From the sequence record phage_1: a stretch of DNA of 64,000 bases, one strand, 5' to 3'. Shown here piece by piece: positions 45,585 to 55,246 of the stretch; position 1 is the first letter of the stretch, and each line of letters begins with the position of its first letter. Position numbers and translations under genes: made by a program. The notes below the pieces were generated by a model that was not told the DNA's origin, ran no database searches, and worked only from the letters and a program-made list of their open reading frames with translations.

Positions 45585-45980
45585 ATGAAATTGATTATGC
45601 CTAAAACCGTTCCTAATCAGGATATGGTTACGACTACACTGTTTTCTGAATCATTACGCAACTCTGTACGTCAGACCGCTTCACGTCTAGACGTGGCAGT
45701 TGAAGAACTCGACCCNGAAGTCTTCATGAAGTATGCGTTTATTGCAGAAGGTTACGCGATCGCCCTGAGTTATGCGCGGTATGTCGATGACGTGACAGAA
45801 GCTAAACGTTATTTAGAAGGCTGTTGTCAAGTTTTCCGTGAAGAAATCACCGAGATGGAGATGGTTGACCGCGGCTTACCTGAATTTGTAAAGGTGGGTT
45901 ACGATAAGCTGTTGCAATCCATCGCGGATGAAATCGGACGTCGCGGGTTAACTGTAGTGCACAGCGCTACACTGCACTAA
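45585..45980 (+). CDS. Hypothetical protein
   Basis: 131 aa, RBS AAGGAG. Confidence 0.6.
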   Translation: MKLIMPKTVPNQDMVTTTLFSESLRNSVRQTASRLDVAVEELDXEVFMKYAFIAEGYAIALSYARYVDDVTEAKRYLEGCCQVFREEITEMEMVDRGLPEFVKVGYDKLLQSIADEIGRRGLTVVHSATLH

Positions 45981-45994
45981 CACCGTACGAGTAG

Positions 45995-46032
45995 GCTACC
46001 ACACGATCATATGTGTGGTAGCTTATTTTTTT
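45995..46032 (+). terminator. Rho-independent terminator
   Basis: GCTACCACAC/GTGTGGTAGC stem plus T tract. Confidence 0.7.
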
Positions 46033-46048
46033 GTTTCTGGAGGCGTTA

Positions 46049-46588
46049 ATGGCAGACCGCTATCAGCCCGACCTAACACTCTCGTCGAAAGCGCTTGTCG
46101 TGGCGCTTATCAATCATGACAATAATCTGTCACTTACTGATAAAGAGATTGTGATTAGGGATATTGATGCGAACGCTTCACCAGACATCATCCCGAAGAA
46201 CACACAGGCAAGCGTGGCCAAAGCACGTAAGCCAAATGGGAAAACCGTGACAGTCTATTATGACCGGTTAAGTGCGTCTACCGTGCTAGACAGTTTTCAG
46301 CCGCTATTGGTGTCCTTAGACGGAACCGAAACGGACATTCAGCAAATTGCCAGTGTGATTAACGGTTACTGCGGTACAAACTTGTCAGCAGCAGACTTAC
46401 AGTCTGCGCCAATCGTGGTCAGCGACGATTTTACCCTGGTGAATATCACTGGCGATTCCCCAGCATGGCTTGGGACATTTATCGCAACCCTGTTTACCAA
46501 AAATGAGTACGTTCTTTCAACTGACACTGACACGGTGCTGTGTCTGGATGAGAACACTGTGCTCGTACTGACTGACGAGGAAGAGTAA
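46049..46588 (+). CDS. Tail-fibre/baseplate paralog family protein (adaptor-like)
   Basis: LVVALIN, VYYDRL, CGTNLSAADL, AWLGTF signatures; start revised to ATG 46049. Confidence 0.65.
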   Translation: MADRYQPDLTLSSKALVVALINHDNNLSLTDKEIVIRDIDANASPDIIPKNTQASVAKARKPNGKTVTVYYDRLSASTVLDSFQPLLVSLDGTETDIQQIASVINGYCGTNLSAADLQSAPIVVSDDFTLVNITGDSPAWLGTFIATLFTKNEYVLSTDTDTVLCLDENTVLVLTDEEE

Positions 46589-47073
46589 TGGCCAGCCCAG
46601 TTAAAAAGCAAACATTTGAGAGCTTACCATTTTATACCGATATCACCAACGTGAAAGATGGGATGTTCTTGTTTATCAAAGATGGGAAAGCGTATCAGTA
46701 CCCGCTCGAGATGTTGGGTGTCCAGAAGGTTGCTCAGGGTGTCGTTATTCGTGATGCGGCGTATGAGTTGGAAGCGGCAGCAGCCACTGATTGGTACCTA
46801 GGACTGTCGCAACCGGAAACCGATCTCACTATTAAACCTGATGGAGTATTGGGGGCATTTCGGTACACGCTCAACCTGACTATTCTTCAGGGAACGGGAG
46901 CCAACAAAATTAACTGGCCTTCCAACGTGAAGTTCCCCCATGATGCATACCCGGTGCTGTCGTACCAGAAAGGGAAATCGGACATGATTACCCTGACTAC
47001 AATCGACGGCGGTTACACCTGGAAAGGTGGCGTTAGTGGAACAGGATATACAGAATGGGTAGAAACTCCTTAA
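46588..47073 (+). CDS. Tail-fibre-associated protein
   Basis: LTILQGTGANKINWPSNVKF...PVLSYQKGKSDMITLTTIDGGYTW resembles a beta-rich domain found at phage fibre C-termini. Confidence 0.55.
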   Translation: MASPVKKQTFESLPFYTDITNVKDGMFLFIKDGKAYQYPLEMLGVQKVAQGVVIRDAAYELEAAAATDWYLGLSQPETDLTIKPDGVLGAFRYTLNLTILQGTGANKINWPSNVKFPHDAYPVLSYQKGKSDMITLTTIDGGYTWKGGVSGTGYTEWVETP

Positions 47074-50072
47074 TCGCAGTACGGACAGGGATTAACTACG
47101 CACTGTCGCTGGCTTACGGACATCAGGACTTTGTTCGTCGAAACACCGGCTTAACTAACGACGCCCACAATGACCATTATCTGATTAACCCAGAAGGGGT
47201 GCTATCTAATAACCGGCATTTCATTGCTGACTCCATGGCAGTGTATCAACCTAATGGTGACGCCACCACAGAAGGTCAATCGTTGCTGATTATTGGCTAC
47301 TGTCACATGTACATTGCTACCAAAAACCAGATGTGGTTAGATGCGGCGATTCATGCATGGGAAGCGTACGCTACCTACTATTACGCAGGTCAGGCCATTC
47401 CCGATTCACCACAACGTTGGATTTGTAACTGGCTAGTTAACGGTAAAGAGCCAGTGCTGGCAGACTATCCGGTGCATCCGACCGAGCCAACCCACGGTGG
47501 TTATAAGTGTGTACCGGTAACGTTTACGAACGGGCGTTGCCAGATACCCCAAGGCGCACCATTCTTTGGTGAATATCTGAACAATTTCTTTTCTGCGCAT
47601 CGTGGCCATCCTACTTGGGGTGCGGTTAATGCCGACGTACAGAAAATTAAGGAATCGGAAGACGGGTTAATTGACTGGTCTAAAGTCCCTGATTACTTAA
47701 TCGTCAATCCAGAGAAACCTTACGATGTAAAAGCGTGGGTGGACTGGAACACGATGCTAAACGACCCAACCGGATATACACCAATATGGGGCGGTTCTAC
47801 CTCGAAAGGTCCGCGGTACGAACCTGACTGGTTTGTTGTGTGGACGGGTGAGAAGGTTCAAGACGGCGATGTCATCGAATCCGGTTTACCTGATGCCCAG
47901 AAAGGAACCGTACAATTAAAGGACACTAGTATTAACGGTGTGTATTTGATTAACTACGCTTCCCAGGTACCTGTAGAGCACGGCGGATATTTGTTTGACC
48001 GCAATGAGCCGTGGCACAACCGTCCGGTTCATACCCCGTTAAAAGGGTCTGTTAACCAGATGGGTAACGCGGCAGATGCGGAAGTGTGGTTTATTGATGC
48101 CTGTTATCTGCTCTGGCGTATCACAGGTGAACCGCGCTATAAAGCCGCATTAGACTCCGTGTTCTATACAGCGCACGAGTACACGTATATCGATGCGAAG
48201 GACAAGTTTTTCCGTCGTTCTAAGCTAGCCGAAACACCATTTACAGATGGTATCTCGTACGACTATAAATACCCCAGCACCGTTGAGGTCGCTTACAGTC
48301 GTGATGAAAATGGTGATATTGTGTTCCGTTCTGAGGAAGCTGTGCAGAACTTTATGGAACAGCAAGCCGTGCGTTTCAGGATAAACAGTCAATCGAAGTT
48401 ACGTGTGACATATGGCGGTGTTTGTGACAACGGTGATGCACTTGCGTGTAAAGTGATGGTGGATATTAACCCCGTCAAAGCGGATACTGAAGAAGTAAAC
48501 TGGTACGGCTGTACGCTCCCGGGATCAACATCGATGGAAGTAGAACAGCATGACATCGATTTAGGGCATCTGGCCAGAATGACCAATCCGGCCAACGGCG
48601 AAGATTACATCATTGCCGATGCGCGAGCATGTTCGGACTACGGTGGGTGTACGTGGCAGGAGAAGTTTGAGAACAACATTTACGATGGTCGTTCAGGGAC
48701 AATCGTAGAAGCGTTATTCCCGAACGACGATGCGGGTTTCATTATCGGTTTCTGGTTAACCGATGCCGGTGTTGCACCCCCACAGTCAATTGTCTATCGT
48801 GCCGATGCTGATTTCAACTTCCGTTTCGAAGATACCGACAAGTGGCGTTGGTGGTGGATGTTGCCCGCGACTAACGGGGAATGGAAACAGGTTATTATTC
48901 GCCCTGAAGACGCAACACTCTCGGGCTATCAACCTGACCACGATACCGACGTCGAACCAAAACCGGCTGCGCCAAACTATACAACTATCGATCAGGTAAC
49001 CATACTGCCCGATTCGGCTGTGGAGAATGCGCACTTTAGCTGGTATTGCGTAAACGATGTTCCGCCCCTGTTTAATGCAGACGACGGTTGGACGTTAACG
49101 TTCCGTATTGTAATTCGGGGAGGTTCTGCATTTACGGGTAAGGTGGGCGATTGTACGATAAAAGATTACCGTCTTGACTCGCTCGCGTATTGTCCAGGTA
49201 CGATACCGTTCTCGAACATTTATTCGGAAGGAACGTATCAGCTAGGTGCATGGCACGGGATGCCGTATCCCGGCTATCAGTATCCGTTTATGTACACCAT
49301 ACACACCGATGATCGCTACAAAGACTGGCTCTTAAATCAGATTCGGTTTATGCACGATTCACAAACCAACTACCAAACGCAGATAGGTGAGTTAGGTCCA
49401 GGTTGTGCGGCGTATATTTGGAACCGTTGGGATAACTACTCTTACGGCCCGGCAGATACGTGGACAACGTTCCATTGGGGCGATGGACATCCGTGGGCAG
49501 GTTATCAGCCGCGCGCGTATAACGCCGCTGCGCGTTGTTGGTACGAATTAGTTGTGCGTGGTAAAGAGGTTCCACCTGAGCTAGTAGTGTACGTTGAAAA
49601 TTGGGCTAAGTGGCTCGTAGGGTTCTTAGACCGCTTTGACAACCACACCCCGAATGAATTCCCTACGGCACCAAATAAACCGGTATGGGTAGAGAATGAT
49701 TTCACAGCACATATGTGTGCGCTCTGGATAGCAGGCAGTGCTTATGCGGCAATGGCCGGCTGTACAGTGGAAGGGTTGAGCCGTATTATGGATATGGGGA
49801 TGAAGGAGATGGGTGACAACTTCACCGTCACCGACATTCCAGGAAAAGCCATTAACGGTGCCTGGTCTCCATGGGCAAATCCCACCACGGATAACGGTCA
49901 GGCTTTTGGGTTTTATACTGGAGAAGCGATGCGTGCAATCGGGTTGTATCTCCTCTATAAAGAACACGGCGCAGGACATGATATTTATCGTGACTTGGCA
50001 ATCCCCGACCACACAACAGCCTCGCTCGATATAACGTTTACTATCCCAGACGATCCGCTCGAAACTAATTAA
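47055..50072 (+). CDS. Large tail-associated protein with GH8 (BcsZ-like) glycoside hydrolase motifs and carbohydrate-binding-like inserts
   Basis: TTEGQS (E73) and NAADAEVW...LWRITGEPRY (D341) parallel BcsZ TTSEGQSY and NSASDGDVW...GRLWKEQRY; Trp-rich beta-sandwich-like middle. Confidence 0.65.
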   Translation: MGRNSLIAVRTGINYALSLAYGHQDFVRRNTGLTNDAHNDHYLINPEGVLSNNRHFIADSMAVYQPNGDATTEGQSLLIIGYCHMYIATKNQMWLDAAIHAWEAYATYYYAGQAIPDSPQRWICNWLVNGKEPVLADYPVHPTEPTHGGYKCVPVTFTNGRCQIPQGAPFFGEYLNNFFSAHRGHPTWGAVNADVQKIKESEDGLIDWSKVPDYLIVNPEKPYDVKAWVDWNTMLNDPTGYTPIWGGSTSKGPRYEPDWFVVWTGEKVQDGDVIESGLPDAQKGTVQLKDTSINGVYLINYASQVPVEHGGYLFDRNEPWHNRPVHTPLKGSVNQMGNAADAEVWFIDACYLLWRITGEPRYKAALDSVFYTAHEYTYIDAKDKFFRRSKLAETPFTDGISYDYKYPSTVEVAYSRDENGDIVFRSEEAVQNFMEQQAVRFRINSQSKLRVTYGGVCDNGDALACKVMVDINPVKADTEEVNWYGCTLPGSTSMEVEQHDIDLGHLARMTNPANGEDYIIADARACSDYGGCTWQEKFENNIYDGRSGTIVEALFPNDDAGFIIGFWLTDAGVAPPQSIVYRADADFNFRFEDTDKWRWWWMLPATNGEWKQVIIRPEDATLSGYQPDHDTDVEPKPAAPNYTTIDQVTILPDSAVENAHFSWYCVNDVPPLFNADDGWTLTFRIVIRGGSAFTGKVGDCTIKDYRLDSLAYCPGTIPFSNIYSEGTYQLGAWHGMPYPGYQYPFMYTIHTDDRYKDWLLNQIRFMHDSQTNYQTQIGELGPGCAAYIWNRWDNYSYGPADTWTTFHWGDGHPWAGYQPRAYNAAARCWYELVVRGKEVPPELVVYVENWAKWLVGFLDRFDNHTPNEFPTAPNKPVWVENDFTAHMCALWIAGSAYAAMAGCTVEGLSRIMDMGMKEMGDNFTVTDIPGKAINGAWSPWANPTTDNGQAFGFYTGEAMRAIGLYLLYKEHGAGHDIYRDLAIPDHTTASLDITFTIPDDPLETN

Positions 50073-50077
50073 GTGTA

Positions 50078-50120
50078 TACCAGCTATCCTTCGGGGTGGC
50101 TGGTACGCTTTATTTTATTT
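50078..50120 (+). terminator. Rho-independent terminator
   Basis: TACCAGCTATCC-TTCG-GGGTGGCTGGTA plus T-rich tail. Confidence 0.75.
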
Positions 50121-50167
50121 CAGATAGATGTTATCTCAGTGAACCTCTGAAATTTACGTTTCAATCA
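50118..50167 (+). promoter_or_regulatory. Promoter-like motif, class II, with hairpin
   Basis: TTTCAGATAGATGTTATCTCAGTGAA then CTCTGA/TCAGAG stem. Confidence 0.6.
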
Positions 50168-50199
50168 GAGCTTATGTCATGTATTAAGGAGCACTTAAA

Positions 50200-50532
50200 A
50201 TGTCTAAAGTCTATCACATTGCGGTATTGCGTCAGGCAACTGACCTTGAAGGCGACGGTGAACTTCGAATGCAGGAAGCCATTCTGAGCACTGTTAAAGA
50301 ACTTAACCAAGCAAACAATTTCGATGCACGATTCGAAGCGCTGCCTGTAAGCCGTGGTGCTTTCTACGGCAGTCAAATACTGGCAACCCAGTATGCGATG
50401 GCTTTAAGTGAATTGCGCAATAACCCTAGCCCAGAGACCGCAGCGAAGATGAACAAGCTGTCGCTATGGATGAATAACCTGGATGTCCCCGCAGCATCCA
50501 CTGTAAGTGGTTTGGGGGTGGTCAATGAGTAG
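50200..50532 (+). CDS. Hypothetical early protein
   Basis: 110 aa, RBS AAGGAG. Confidence 0.6.
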   Translation: MSKVYHIAVLRQATDLEGDGELRMQEAILSTVKELNQANNFDARFEALPVSRGAFYGSQILATQYAMALSELRNNPSPETAAKMNKLSLWMNNLDVPAASTVSGLGVVNE

Positions 50533-50860
50533 AGTAATCGGTGTTGCCAGACCAATGCGTCTCAATAGGACACCGATGATAAATCGTGATATCGGTGAAG
50601 CTGTAAAACAGTTGTCGAATATCGACGGTTACACCTTTAAAGTGATAACACTGTACGACTACCCAGAAGGTAAAGTTCCGCAAGAGGCGCTGGATAAATT
50701 CGTTAATGTATTAGACGATTGCCTTAAGAGTCCAACGGACGTAAATCTTATCAAACTAAACACCATGTCCCTTGAACTGTACCGGCTGCGTAAAATGGGC
50801 ATTCATGCTCGCATCGGTAAAGGTGACCAAACGTTAGCCGAATACTGGGCTAAACAGTAA
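50525..50860 (+). CDS. Hypothetical protein
   Basis: Start revised to ATG 50525. Confidence 0.55.
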   Translation: MSRVIGVARPMRLNRTPMINRDIGEAVKQLSNIDGYTFKVITLYDYPEGKVPQEALDKFVNVLDDCLKSPTDVNLIKLNTMSLELYRLRKMGIHARIGKGDQTLAEYWAKQ

Positions 50861-50887
50861 GCTATTTTAAATCCTAAGGAGCATTAA

Positions 50888-51406
50888 ATGAATATTATCA
50901 TGAACCTGTATACCAAACGGGAACGTAACGTTTTAGAATCGGGCGTTGCCCCGGAAGTATTGGCTGCGGGGGATATTAGTATCGACCCATTGAAAGTGAA
51001 AGTCGCAGAACTGTTCCCTCGTGATGAATGGGACATCTGGTATTTCCGTTGTTCGTCGGTATTAAATGCAATCAAACAACTGTCTGATTATCAGCCTGGT
51101 CCGTATATCGGTACTTGGCACTGGTACGTTCCACGCACACCAAACTTCCTTTACCTGCACGACGATGATAAACGTACTCATATTCGCACTGTAGCGACGC
51201 CTGCGCGTTTGGAGCGTTATCTGGAGCTAATCCACGACCGGCCTCGTAACGAGCTGCAGAGCATCGTAGAGGTGCTCAGACAGGTACCTTTAGACGGTAT
51301 ACTGGAACTGGACATGAAAATCGCCGATCGTCCGAGACATTACTGGGAATTTTCCTGGGTAGACGCGAAGTACGAAAACCATAACGTTATCTATCTGAAG
51401 CGTTAA
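50888..51406 (+). CDS. Hypothetical protein
   Basis: 172 aa, RBS AAGGAG. Confidence 0.6.
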   Translation: MNIIMNLYTKRERNVLESGVAPEVLAAGDISIDPLKVKVAELFPRDEWDIWYFRCSSVLNAIKQLSDYQPGPYIGTWHWYVPRTPNFLYLHDDDKRTHIRTVATPARLERYLELIHDRPRNELQSIVEVLRQVPLDGILELDMKIADRPRHYWEFSWVDAKYENHNVIYLKR

Positions 51407-51416
51407 GGGGGACAGG

Positions 51417-51737
51417 ATGTTGAACTGGTTACTGGCGCTGATTAACAAGCGACAAAAACAACTGTACGAAGAAAACCGAGAATTAGCTGCCGCTAACCGT
51501 NGTGTNNAGGNCCATAACTTGCAGTTAAGACACGACCTCGCGAAACTGGACGTTAATGCGAGTAGGCTCTGCACGCACATAAGTCGCTGTCACGACATTA
51601 TCGAACGTATTGGGCACTACCATCTTACGTCCCCTGCCCGGCGTGCCTATGACGCGGCCGTTCAGGGATTAAAAGATACCAGGAGTGCGTACGACGAGAT
51701 GTTAGAAGAATTTAGTAAACGTGAGGATAAAGACTAA
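51417..51737 (+). CDS. Coiled-coil hypothetical protein
   Basis: 106 aa, RBS GGGGA. Confidence 0.55.
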   Translation: MLNWLLALINKRQKQLYEENRELAAANRXXXXHNLQLRHDLAKLDVNASRLCTHISRCHDIIERIGHYHLTSPARRAYDAAVQGLKDTRSAYDEMLEEFSKREDKD

Positions 51738-52120
51738 TGGAAACACCACCGAACACCGATTTAGCACTGGCTATCGAGCACATGAAAAATCATCAGCTGA
51801 CGTTACTGAACGCAGACATAGATGGACAACGTCAAGGGTACGCGCTCGTTGCAAAAGCAGCGTTAGAACTTAACAAAATCCTGCTCGCTAAACTCTACGG
51901 CCTGGAGAATAGCGTGCTTCACGCAACGCATCTGGGTGAGGCCAGCGAGCTGGTTACAGACGTGCGCCTATATGCATCGCGCGAAATGGAGCGCTTAGTC
52001 AACGAGTGGAATGTTCAGTGTAACAGTGAGCGTGCTGATAACGATCCACGTAAAGTTGCACTGACGCCAGGCGTGTATATCAAGGACGGTAGCATCAACG
52101 AATATACCGGATTTAACTGA
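51737..52120 (+). CDS. Hypothetical protein
   Basis: 127 aa, TAATG coupling. Confidence 0.55.
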   Translation: METPPNTDLALAIEHMKNHQLTLLNADIDGQRQGYALVAKAALELNKILLAKLYGLENSVLHATHLGEASELVTDVRLYASREMERLVNEWNVQCNSERADNDPRKVALTPGVYIKDGSINEYTGFN

Positions 52121-52143
52121 TCGGTAGATAAGGGTAATTGATA

Positions 52144-52569
52144 ATGTTAACCATAGACGTAGCTATCTCTATCGAGCTTCAACGCATCGGTGTAGGTACA
52201 CTAAAACTTCGTTATCGTGATTTACCGCATTACAACAAGATGTTTGATGTTGGGGTGATAAAGTTTTATAACCGGTACGGGCCAAGAGAACTGTGTCTAT
52301 GGTTTGTTGAGTTAGCGATAACCTACGGCGAGTTTTATCATCCTAACATACCGCATGTCAGACACGTGTCAAGNGGGCACCTGGAAACTTCCAGAGAGTT
52401 CTGTCAGCGATTGTATAGCGCGATGGAGGAGTCCGCACCCATCGACTTTGACGTACCACCTGAACCGTTATTAATCGACCATGAAGGAGAAGCCGATGTC
52501 TATTTCATTACAGGGATTGACCATTCACGAGATTCAGAAATATTTACTCGAGGGCGGGAAACTGACTGA
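52144..52569 (+). CDS. Hypothetical protein
   Basis: Start revised to ATG 52144. Confidence 0.5.
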   Translation: MLTIDVAISIELQRIGVGTLKLRYRDLPHYNKMFDVGVIKFYNRYGPRELCLWFVELAITYGEFYHPNIPHVRHVSXGHLETSREFCQRLYSAMEESAPIDFDVPPEPLLIDHEGEADVYFITGIDHSRDSEIFTRGRETD

Positions 52570-52801
52570 CGACTATCAAACCGCAGATATGTTGCTGCAG
52601 TCATTTGTGCCGCTACGCGCTGAGTATTACGAAATCGCGTTTCTGGGCGATGAGTATTGTGTCCGTACACAAAGTCGCGAGTACGAAGCAGTTCGCGTAC
52701 CACGAACACTCGGCGGGGTGATGATACTTATCGCTAATATCGAAGCACTCAATGCGAAATGTGCGTTATACATCGCACAGGGAGGTCGCAATGGATTTTA
52801 A
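52496..52801 (+). CDS. Hypothetical protein
   Basis: Start revised to ATG 52496 after AAGGAG. Confidence 0.55.
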   Translation: MSISLQGLTIHEIQKYLLEGGKLTDDYQTADMLLQSFVPLRAEYYEIAFLGDEYCVRTQSREYEAVRVPRTLGGVMILIANIEALNAKCALYIAQGGRNGF

Positions 52802-52949
52802 GTGGGAACCGTTAACGTTAGCAGAAATTCGTAACAGAATCGACAGGGCTATTGNAAGGAGAAAACATGTTCGGCCTGTTTCAGGAGAAAAAACAGATGC
52901 GTCGCCAATTAGAAATACTGGAATTGGAACTCAGCCTATCAAAGACTGA
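52791..52949 (+). CDS. Small hypothetical protein (MDFKWEPL...)
   Basis: RBS GGAGG; overlaps next ORF by about 80 nt. Confidence 0.35.
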   Translation: MDFKWEPLTLAEIRNRIDRAIXRRKHVRPVSGEKTDASPIRNTGIGTQPIKD

Positions 52950-53268
52950 GTTGGAAATTTCGAAAGAAGCGTGGAAAAGAAATCTCGANGAATCTTTCGA
53001 AGAACGCCGTAAGCTTACGCGATTACTTTCTGAGGAACAGTCTAAGAACCGGAAACTCGAAGACGAGCTACGGGATGCCCGACGAGATGCGGATCTGCGT
53101 GACAAGATGTTAGGATGGAACCTGGGTGCCCTAATCTATTTCATAGAGCAGCGTTGGGAACCAAAGACACTCCTTGAGTTACTCTATGAAAAACTCTCCT
53201 GTGTAGGTAAACGTTCTGCGGCCATCGAGTATTTTCGTAGTCATGGATACGAGGTAAAAGATGAGTAA
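52867..53268 (+). CDS. Coiled-coil hypothetical protein
   Basis: Start revised to ATG 52867 after AAGGAG. Confidence 0.55.
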   Translation: MFGLFQEKKQMRRQLEILELELSLSKTELEISKEAWKRNLXESFEERRKLTRLLSEEQSKNRKLEDELRDARRDADLRDKMLGWNLGALIYFIEQRWEPKTLLELLYEKLSCVGKRSAAIEYFRSHGYEVKDE

Positions 53269-53346
53269 ATTAGAGGTTGGCAGGCTGTTCGTTAATCCTT
53301 AAAAAACAACAGTTTCAAATTAGTTACGACCATAAGGAGTATTAAA

Positions 53347-54150
53347 ATGTTAAAGCCACGCAAACAGAAAAGATTACAGTTTGTCAAAATAGTACATCCA
53401 CAGTCCCGTCGTGTTACAGGTGGACGTCTCTACGTGGGTAAACACCGTAGTCGTCTTATCACCTGGTCGGCAATGGCCAACGTAGCCACCCAACTCCAGG
53501 CAATGGTTGAAGACCGTTGCCAGTTAAAAGGGGATTTCTTTCAAGAGAAGAAACCCTATCGTGATATCTTCCGTACACTAAAAGCGTGCTGGGTACTCAG
53601 CTGGGTGCCTGGCCGCGAACAACTTTATTTTCTGCGTAAGTTCCCACGCCCTATGCCGAAGGAAAACATTAGCGTTTTCTTAGACAAACTAAAACGCTTT
53701 AATGACATCGGCATAAACGCTAATAAAGAGCAGGTTTCTGCTACAGTAGCAGCCCGAAAACACTTACGCGATTATGTGGCCGATCGAGATGTTGAGTTCG
53801 CTTATATGACGCCGACTGTACCGCTGCTAAACGGTGATGCATCGAAAGCGAAGATGGAAGAGATCGCGTTGAAGTTTCCTAACATCAGACACATCGCACC
53901 AGACGCGGTACTACAGCTGAACACTGAAGGCTGCACGCGTTTACCGACAGTCTCTGACACGGTGTTAGTATCAACACCTGATGTTCCTGATGGAAAGTCG
54001 TTCCTTGAAATGATAAAGAAACGTACAGAGGGTGGATATCAACCGATCTTTCTGGATTCCCTTTCACAACATCCTGAAGTAGAACAAGAATTTAACATGA
54101 ACACTAACAGCCCTTACGACTCCCTATACAAGGACGATAATGATGCTTAA
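53347..54150 (+). CDS. Hypothetical protein, basic N-terminus
   Basis: 267 aa, RBS AAGGAG, begins MLKPRKQKR. Confidence 0.6.
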   Translation: MLKPRKQKRLQFVKIVHPQSRRVTGGRLYVGKHRSRLITWSAMANVATQLQAMVEDRCQLKGDFFQEKKPYRDIFRTLKACWVLSWVPGREQLYFLRKFPRPMPKENISVFLDKLKRFNDIGINANKEQVSATVAARKHLRDYVADRDVEFAYMTPTVPLLNGDASKAKMEEIALKFPNIRHIAPDAVLQLNTEGCTRLPTVSDTVLVSTPDVPDGKSFLEMIKKRTEGGYQPIFLDSLSQHPEVEQEFNMNTNSPYDSLYKDDNDA

Positions 54151-54532
54151 GCCTAAGAAACGTAAAGATGGTGCGGTCATTTTCTCTCCGAGAATCGCTG
54201 TAGCAGTTGGTAAGAAATTACTGGTCCAGGACGGTAAGTGGGTCAGTGACGGATTCAGTCAGTACACCTCGCTATGCATCTCTTCCGAGATGAATCAGAT
54301 GCACGGGAAGAAAGTACGTGACCGACGATCTCAGATGCCAAAAGTTATCCGTGTTGTGGCCGGCTGGTATAAGCGATACATGAAAAAGAACTTCCCACAC
54401 GCAGCGCCGCCGTTTGAAGAAGGGTCTTTTGTTCGTACAGAACCCACCGAAGCGGGTGGCGAATTACCGGTGCGTACCGGCACGGCGTATTCGACGCTGA
54501 CTTCCTTGTGTCGTCAGTCGTACGAAAAGTAG
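54140..54532 (+). CDS. Hypothetical protein, basic N-terminus
   Basis: 130 aa, begins MMLKPKKRK. Confidence 0.55.
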   Translation: MMLKPKKRKDGAVIFSPRIAVAVGKKLLVQDGKWVSDGFSQYTSLCISSEMNQMHGKKVRDRRSQMPKVIRVVAGWYKRYMKKNFPHAAPPFEEGSFVRTEPTEAGGELPVRTGTAYSTLTSLCRQSYEK

Positions 54533-54605
54533 AAGGCGTTGAAGGACACTCTACTCCACATCAACTAGGATGACGCTTATCCCAAGGGTAGCGAATAAAG
54601 CAGCA

Positions 54606-54641
54606 CCCTACTCCCGAAGGAGTAGGGTTTCTTCTTTTTTG
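54606..54641 (+). terminator. Rho-independent terminator
   Basis: ACCCTACTCC-CGAA-GGAGTAGGGT plus T tract. Confidence 0.8.
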
Positions 54642-54661
54642 TCTAGTGTGATTACAATTAT

Positions 54662-54731
54662 TTTCAGATATATATTACTTAGGTGAGAGTTAACCATTAA
54701 CTCTTATCTAATCGACCATTATCTTAAGGAG
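54662..54731 (+). promoter_or_regulatory. Early promoter + hairpin + leader cassette, copy 3
   Basis: TTTCAGATATATATTACTTAGGTGA; GAGAGTTAA/TTAACTCTT hairpin; AATCGACCATTATCTTAAGGAG. Confidence 0.75.
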
Positions 54732-54738
54732 TTTTAAC

Positions 54739-55185
54739 ATGTACATTCTGAATAACGAACTTACTAAGTACGCTAGCAAAAACCCGANTATGATTTNTTT
54801 NCTAATCGTGATGGCGGCCAACAAACAAGACCCTAGCGAATTCACTACTGAGGTCTTCGAAGAGATTATCGCTAACGCCAAAGAAGCCACGTTCCAGACC
54901 ACAGNGCCTACTCGCGACGAGTTCCCCCTAGGTGAAGCCGGCGATGTAATGTTTAACGACATGGTTGCTTCGTACTACATCAATAGACGTGGTATGGAAA
55001 TCGAATACGATGAACTTCCTACTAGCAGCTTTGCTGAAATGATTCGTGATTATCGTCGTCAAGTTGTCTCTGACGATATCGTAAAGAAATACATGGCACA
55101 AATCAGCCCATTCAGTCTTGAATTCGAAAACCGCGCGGTTGCCTTAGCAACACATCGCCTGCGTTTAGAAAAAGAAGTACACTAA
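54739..55185 (+). CDS. Hypothetical early protein
   Basis: 148 aa, directly after cassette copy 3. Confidence 0.65.
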   Translation: MYILNNELTKYASKNPXMIXXLIVMAANKQDPSEFTTEVFEEIIANAKEATFQTTXPTRDEFPLGEAGDVMFNDMVASYYINRRGMEIEYDELPTSSFAEMIRDYRRQVVSDDIVKKYMAQISPFSLEFENRAVALATHRLRLEKEVH

Positions 55186-55246
55186 TAATAACCCGGCGGG
55201 CAAAGTCCCGCCAATCAACCTGCAATCTACAAAAAAGGAATATCCC

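Noticed and set aside
53261-53302. 13-codon ORF MSKLEVGRLFVNP with GAGG upstream
   Set aside because: Too short to support; may be a remnant of a deleted gene, but no evidence available here
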